A program made the position numbers and the translations under genes. The notes under the pieces are model-generated. The model was not told where the DNA came from, made no database searches, and saw nothing but the letters and a program-made list of their open reading frames with translations. A stretch of DNA of 64,000 bases. Origin: an uncultured delta proteobacterium (GTDB lineage: Bacteria; Desulfobacterota; Binatia; Binatales; Binataceae). Numbering within the stretch: the first letter of the stretch is position 1; each line of letters begins with the position of its first letter. The stretch covers positions 384,001 through 448,000 of the forward strand of contig CAWJET010000001.1 of NCBI GenBank assembly GCA_963842085.1. Reading direction: 5' to 3'. Shown piece by piece: positions 60,313-64,000 of the stretch.

Positions 60313-61581
60313 TTATATCGCAGCCGATCGAGCGGGCATCTCGAACCGCATCTGTTCGCGATCCAGCGACCGACAGCCGAGAATCGCGAGTGAGCAGATG
60401 ATGTACATCACGACGAACGAAGCGATCGGGATGCTATAACTGCCGGTCAGGTCAAAAATCCTGCCCGTGACGATTGGGCTGAATGCCGCGCCGAAGGTGA
60501 AGAACACCCCGGTGATGCCCATTACCGAGCCGAGGCGCCTGATGCCGAGCGACTCGATGATGACCAACGGACTCTGCACCGCGAGGGCGCCGGCGCCGAA
60601 ACCGCCCGCGAGAATGTTCGCCGCGAGTGCGAGCGGGTGTGACGCGCCCAACAACCCCAACATTCCGAGCGCAGACAGAAGGAACGTCGCGGTCATCGCC
60701 GGTCGCGCGCCCAATCGATCCGCCAACGGCCCGCCCAGGAGGGTTCCGGCAGTGGTTGCAACAAAGAAGAGACTCACGACAGTGGCTGCGAAGGTCGCGC
60801 TGTACCCCACGCCGGTCAGGTAGGCGATGAAATGGGGGCCCATCCCGATGCTGAGGCCCGCGAAAAGCTGCGCCGCCGAGATCAGCCAAAAGGAGCGGGC
60901 TCTTACCGCTTGGGCGAGCTCGAGGCCGGGCAGTTCGACTGGATGTGCGGCGCCGTGCGTAACTGTCCGCGACTCACCGCGGGCCCCAACCGAGGCCTGC
61001 GTTTCCGAGGGATCCCTCGTCCGGACGAAAAGCAGGATGAGCGGAACCACCACGAAGACGATCGGCGCAGCGAGCGTCGCATAGCCGACGCGCCAGCCAC
61101 CGGCTGCAATCGCGTAATTCGCGACCATCGTCATCGCGGCACCGCCGAGAGTCATGCCGGAGAATGCGATCCCCATCGCAAGCCCGCGCCGCTGCTCGAA
61201 CCAATTCGCGATCACCAGCGAGCATGGAATGACAGTTGAGGCTCCCACGCAGATTCCGAACAGGCCATTGATTACCAGAAATTCCCCGAATGAAGTTGCG
61301 CGGCTTAACGCGAACCACAACAGACCGGTGATGATCGCGCCGACCGTCATCATCTTCTTGGGGTTGACTCGATCCGCGAGCCACCCGATGAGCGGTCCGG
61401 CCGCACCGCCGGTGACCCACCCGATCGAGAATGCCACCGAGAGCCGCGCGCGTGTCCATCCGAACGACTTGAGAATCGGCACGAAGAACACCGCGCCGCA
61501 GTTGATCGCGCCCCAGATGAAGAACATCGTGACGAATATCGCGCCCACGACGATCCACCCGCGCCGTTCTCGATTCGTCAT
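60313..61581 (-). CDS. MFS transporter
   Basis: About 12 TM segments; G.LADR motifs in both halves; WF..RRGLA.G. Confidence 0.92.
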   Translation of the reverse strand: MTNRERRGWIVVGAIFVTMFFIWGAINCGAVFFVPILKSFGWTRARLSVAFSIGWVTGGAAGPLIGWLADRVNPKKMMTVGAIITGLLWFALSRATSFGEFLVINGLFGICVGASTVIPCSLVIANWFEQRRGLAMGIAFSGMTLGGAAMTMVANYAIAAGGWRVGYATLAAPIVFVVVPLILLFVRTRDPSETQASVGARGESRTVTHGAAHPVELPGLELAQAVRARSFWLISAAQLFAGLSIGMGPHFIAYLTGVGYSATFAATVVSLFFVATTAGTLLGGPLADRLGARPAMTATFLLSALGMLGLLGASHPLALAANILAGGFGAGALAVQSPLVIIESLGIRRLGSVMGITGVFFTFGAAFSPIVTGRIFDLTGSYSIPIASFVVMYIICSLAILGCRSLDREQMRFEMPARSAAI

Positions 61582-61631
61582 CTTGTTCTCACCAGCCCGA
61601 GGTTACGCGACCAACTGTAGTTCGGATCCGG

Positions 61632-64000
61632 CTAAGCTCCCAACTCGTCGAGCAGCGCCTTGGCGTCTTTCAGGTCGGCGGTGTCGAAGCCCTCGGTGAA
61701 CCAGTTGTAGATGCCGGCGAGCATCGCGCGAGCCTCGTCGCGCTTGCCTTGCTGGTCGAGTAATCGCACGAGGCTGGTAGTCGCGCGGAGTTCCCACGAT
61801 TTCGCTTTCTGTCGGCGCGCAATTTCGATCGCGGTGCGGAAGGATTGCTCGGCTTGCGCGGCATTCGATGCGTCCTGCGCCAGCAGCAGTTCGCCCTTCA
61901 CCCGATGCGCCTCCGCCTCGAACATCCGGTCGCCTGTACGTTCGATGATCGGAAATGCCTCATCGATCGTGCGAAGACCTTGGTCGAACTGCCCCGCCAG
62001 GCCCAGAGTGGCGGCTAAGCGCGCGAGATTCCCCGCGCTCCCGAATTCAGAGCCACTGGACCTAATCTGCGACAGATGGCGCTGCATCCGCGCGATGCCG
62101 CCCTCGAGGTCGCCTGCCATCGCATCTGCCCATCCAAGGTAAATTTTGCTTTGGGCGGTGAACGCGGAACCCAGCTCGGTCTCTGCCTGTGCCCGCTCTC
62201 TCATACTGTCAAGCTCACGGCGCAGACAATAGAGAGTGGCAGCAAAGTTATGTCCCGTTGCCAAGGTGCTCCTGGATCCGGATTCGCGAGCGATGGCCGC
62301 CGCAATGCTTACTAGCTCCAGTGCCCTATCCGGGTATCCCAGGAACCACAGGTTCCAAGCCCACGCGCAGCCGTTGGTCACTCGATCATACAGCACGATC
62401 CACCTCTCGCTGGACGTTAACTCAACGCGGTGCTGTGTGAGACCCGCCCCCGACTTTGCGATCGATTCCAGCAGCACTTGTGTCCGCTCGAGGTCTTGGG
62501 CAGCGAGCTCGAAATCGGCCGAGAAAAGCCTCGCAAACCCCAACGAGCTGATCGCATCCGCAATAAAAACTGGGTTGCCGTGCCTCTCGGCTACTGCGAT
62601 CATCGTGGGCGCAATCTCGGACGCCTTGCGCACTTCTCCGAGGCTAAGCAGGACCAGGAAGGAATTAAAGAGCGCCCTCCGGCTCTTCTCCGAGTCGATC
62701 CCAGGCCGGCGGCAAAGCTCCACTGAGCGTGTAACCGACTTTTCCATTTCAATCGAGCCGGAGCCCTCTATTAGAAACAGTGCATCGAAGGCAGAGTTTC
62801 TGAGGTCCAATTCCAGTTCAGCGCGTTGGTCGTCATCGGGGAGTTTCTGCAGTTGTTCGAGCCCGGTCTTGAACTGCGCCATGGCTTCGGCCCTGGACCC
62901 GCGAACGCCGCACTGGTTCACAGCACGCAGGCAATAGTCCACCGCCTTGGGGGGATTGCCGCTGCGCGCGTAGTGATGCGCCAGCTCGGCAACGTGCTCG
63001 TCCAGATGGTCTGCATACATGGACTCCAGCGCAGGGCCGATCCGCCCGTGCAGCATTCGGCGGCGTTCGTTCAGCACCGAGTTGTAGGCGACGTCATGGG
63101 TCAGTGCGTGCTTGAAGGTGTATTCGACATCGCCCACCGCGGGCTGCTCGTAGATGAACTCGCCCAGTTGGAGTTCTGAGAGCATCGACTCCAATACCTC
63201 GCCCGTTATTTCACGGGAGAGGCGGCCGGACGCATCGCGGCCGGTAGGTGAGGGTTCCGCCCTCGCCTGCAGGTCCAAGACCTTGCGCACCAGGCCGAGT
63301 CTGAACTCGGTGCCGATGACGGCAAGGGTCTGGAGCAGCTCTTTATGATCCGGCGGCAGGCGATCGATGCGCGCGGCCAAAATCGCCTGCACCGTGGGCG
63401 GAATCTTGAGCTCGTTGAGAGCCTTGGTAAGCCTTACCGTTCCGTTGCGCTTAAGCGCCCCGTCGTCGAACAGCACCAGGACCGTCTCTTCCATAAAGAA
63501 GGGATTGCCCTCGGTGCGCTCGATGATCAGGCGCTTGAGCGGCGCCAGATCCTTGTCGTCACCGAGCAGCGCGCTCAACATTTCCTCGGCCGATTCCTTG
63601 CCGAGCGGGTCGAGGCGCAACTGCGTGTAGTAGGTCTTGCTGCCCCACTGATGTGTGTATTCGGGGCGATAATTCACCAGCAGCAAGATCTTCGCCGTGC
63701 CGATCGAGTCGGCGAGCAGATTGAGCAATGCCTGGGTGCCCTCGTCGATCCAGTGGAGGTCCTCAAAGATAATCATCAGCGGCTGGTTAAGGCTCTCCCG
63801 CAAAATGATGCGTTTGATCGCGTCGAGCGTGCCGCGCTTGCGGGTCTGCGGGTCCATCTGCGCCAGCGGGCCGGACGCTTCGGCGATTCCGAGCAGGCTA
63901 TAGAGGTAGGGAATCGTGCCCTCGAGCTCGCGATCGAGAATCGCGATGCGGCCGGCAATTTTCTCGCGGCGGGAGCGCTGGTCGTCCTGCGACGCGATCT
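61632..64000 (-). CDS. AAA-ATPase/TPR protein, probably the C-terminal part of an adenylate/guanylate cyclase-ATPase fusion (5' end outside the window)
   Basis: FEDLHWID, TEGNPFF, LAARIDRL, FKHAL...AY, WELRA..SL...WFTEGFDT.DL. Confidence 0.85.
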   Translation of the reverse strand, partial: IASQDDQRSRREKIAGRIAILDRELEGTIPYLYSLLGIAEASGPLAQMDPQTRKRGTLDAIKRIILRESLNQPLMIIFEDLHWIDEGTQALLNLLADSIGTAKILLLVNYRPEYTHQWGSKTYYTQLRLDPLGKESAEEMLSALLGDDKDLAPLKRLIIERTEGNPFFMEETVLVLFDDGALKRNGTVRLTKALNELKIPPTVQAILAARIDRLPPDHKELLQTLAVIGTEFRLGLVRKVLDLQARAEPSPTGRDASGRLSREITGEVLESMLSELQLGEFIYEQPAVGDVEYTFKHALTHDVAYNSVLNERRRMLHGRIGPALESMYADHLDEHVAELAHHYARSGNPPKAVDYCLRAVNQCGVRGSRAEAMAQFKTGLEQLQKLPDDDQRAELELDLRNSAFDALFLIEGSGSIEMEKSVTRSVELCRRPGIDSEKSRRALFNSFLVLLSLGEVRKASEIAPTMIAVAERHGNPVFIADAISSLGFARLFSADFELAAQDLERTQVLLESIAKSGAGLTQHRVELTSSERWIVLYDRVTNGCAWAWNLWFLGYPDRALELVSIAAAIARESGSRSTLATGHNFAATLYCLRRELDSMRERAQAETELGSAFTAQSKIYLGWADAMAGDLEGGIARMQRHLSQIRSSGSEFGSAGNLARLAATLGLAGQFDQGLRTIDEAFPIIERTGDRMFEAEAHRVKGELLLAQDASNAAQAEQSFRTAIEIARRQKAKSWELRATTSLVRLLDQQGKRDEARAMLAGIYNWFTEGFDTADLKDAKALLDELGA

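Overview
GC-rich window from a diderm bacterium (lpxD, waaF, several F420-family enzymes, CIRCE-controlled groESL). The gene style suggests a deltaproteobacterial-lineage soil organism such as Ca. Binatota, which is inference only. Most of it is housekeeping and metabolic genes: queA-tgt-yajC, aroF, groESL, cyaY, zwf, 3-hydroxyacyl-CoA dehydrogenase/thiolase, waaF-lpxD, alkA-crcB, mscL, chrA. Main points: (1) a co-oriented cluster at 29851-33880 with two in-frame-UGA candidate selenoproteins that the ORF track splits. One is a W-U-P-F-C peroxiredoxin-like protein; the other is a UGSC protein whose UGSCTTC motif resembles glycine reductase GrdB, coupled to a thioredoxin-fusion protein and a kelch lipoprotein. 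(2) A 2.97 kb IS1595-family element with passenger genes (including a DUF3800-like gene), 26-bp terminal inverted repeats and a 9-bp target duplication, inserted inside a REP-like hairpin. (3) An uncharacterised ferritin-like diiron / small partner / LLM-F420 operon. (4) A ~65-bp element present twice, 47 kb apart. (5) Several readable regulatory sites: CIRCE, sigma54, Pho box, WYL-regulator palindromes. (6) Three single-base frameshifts that may be assembly errors. All calls come from reading motifs by eye; no database searches were run.
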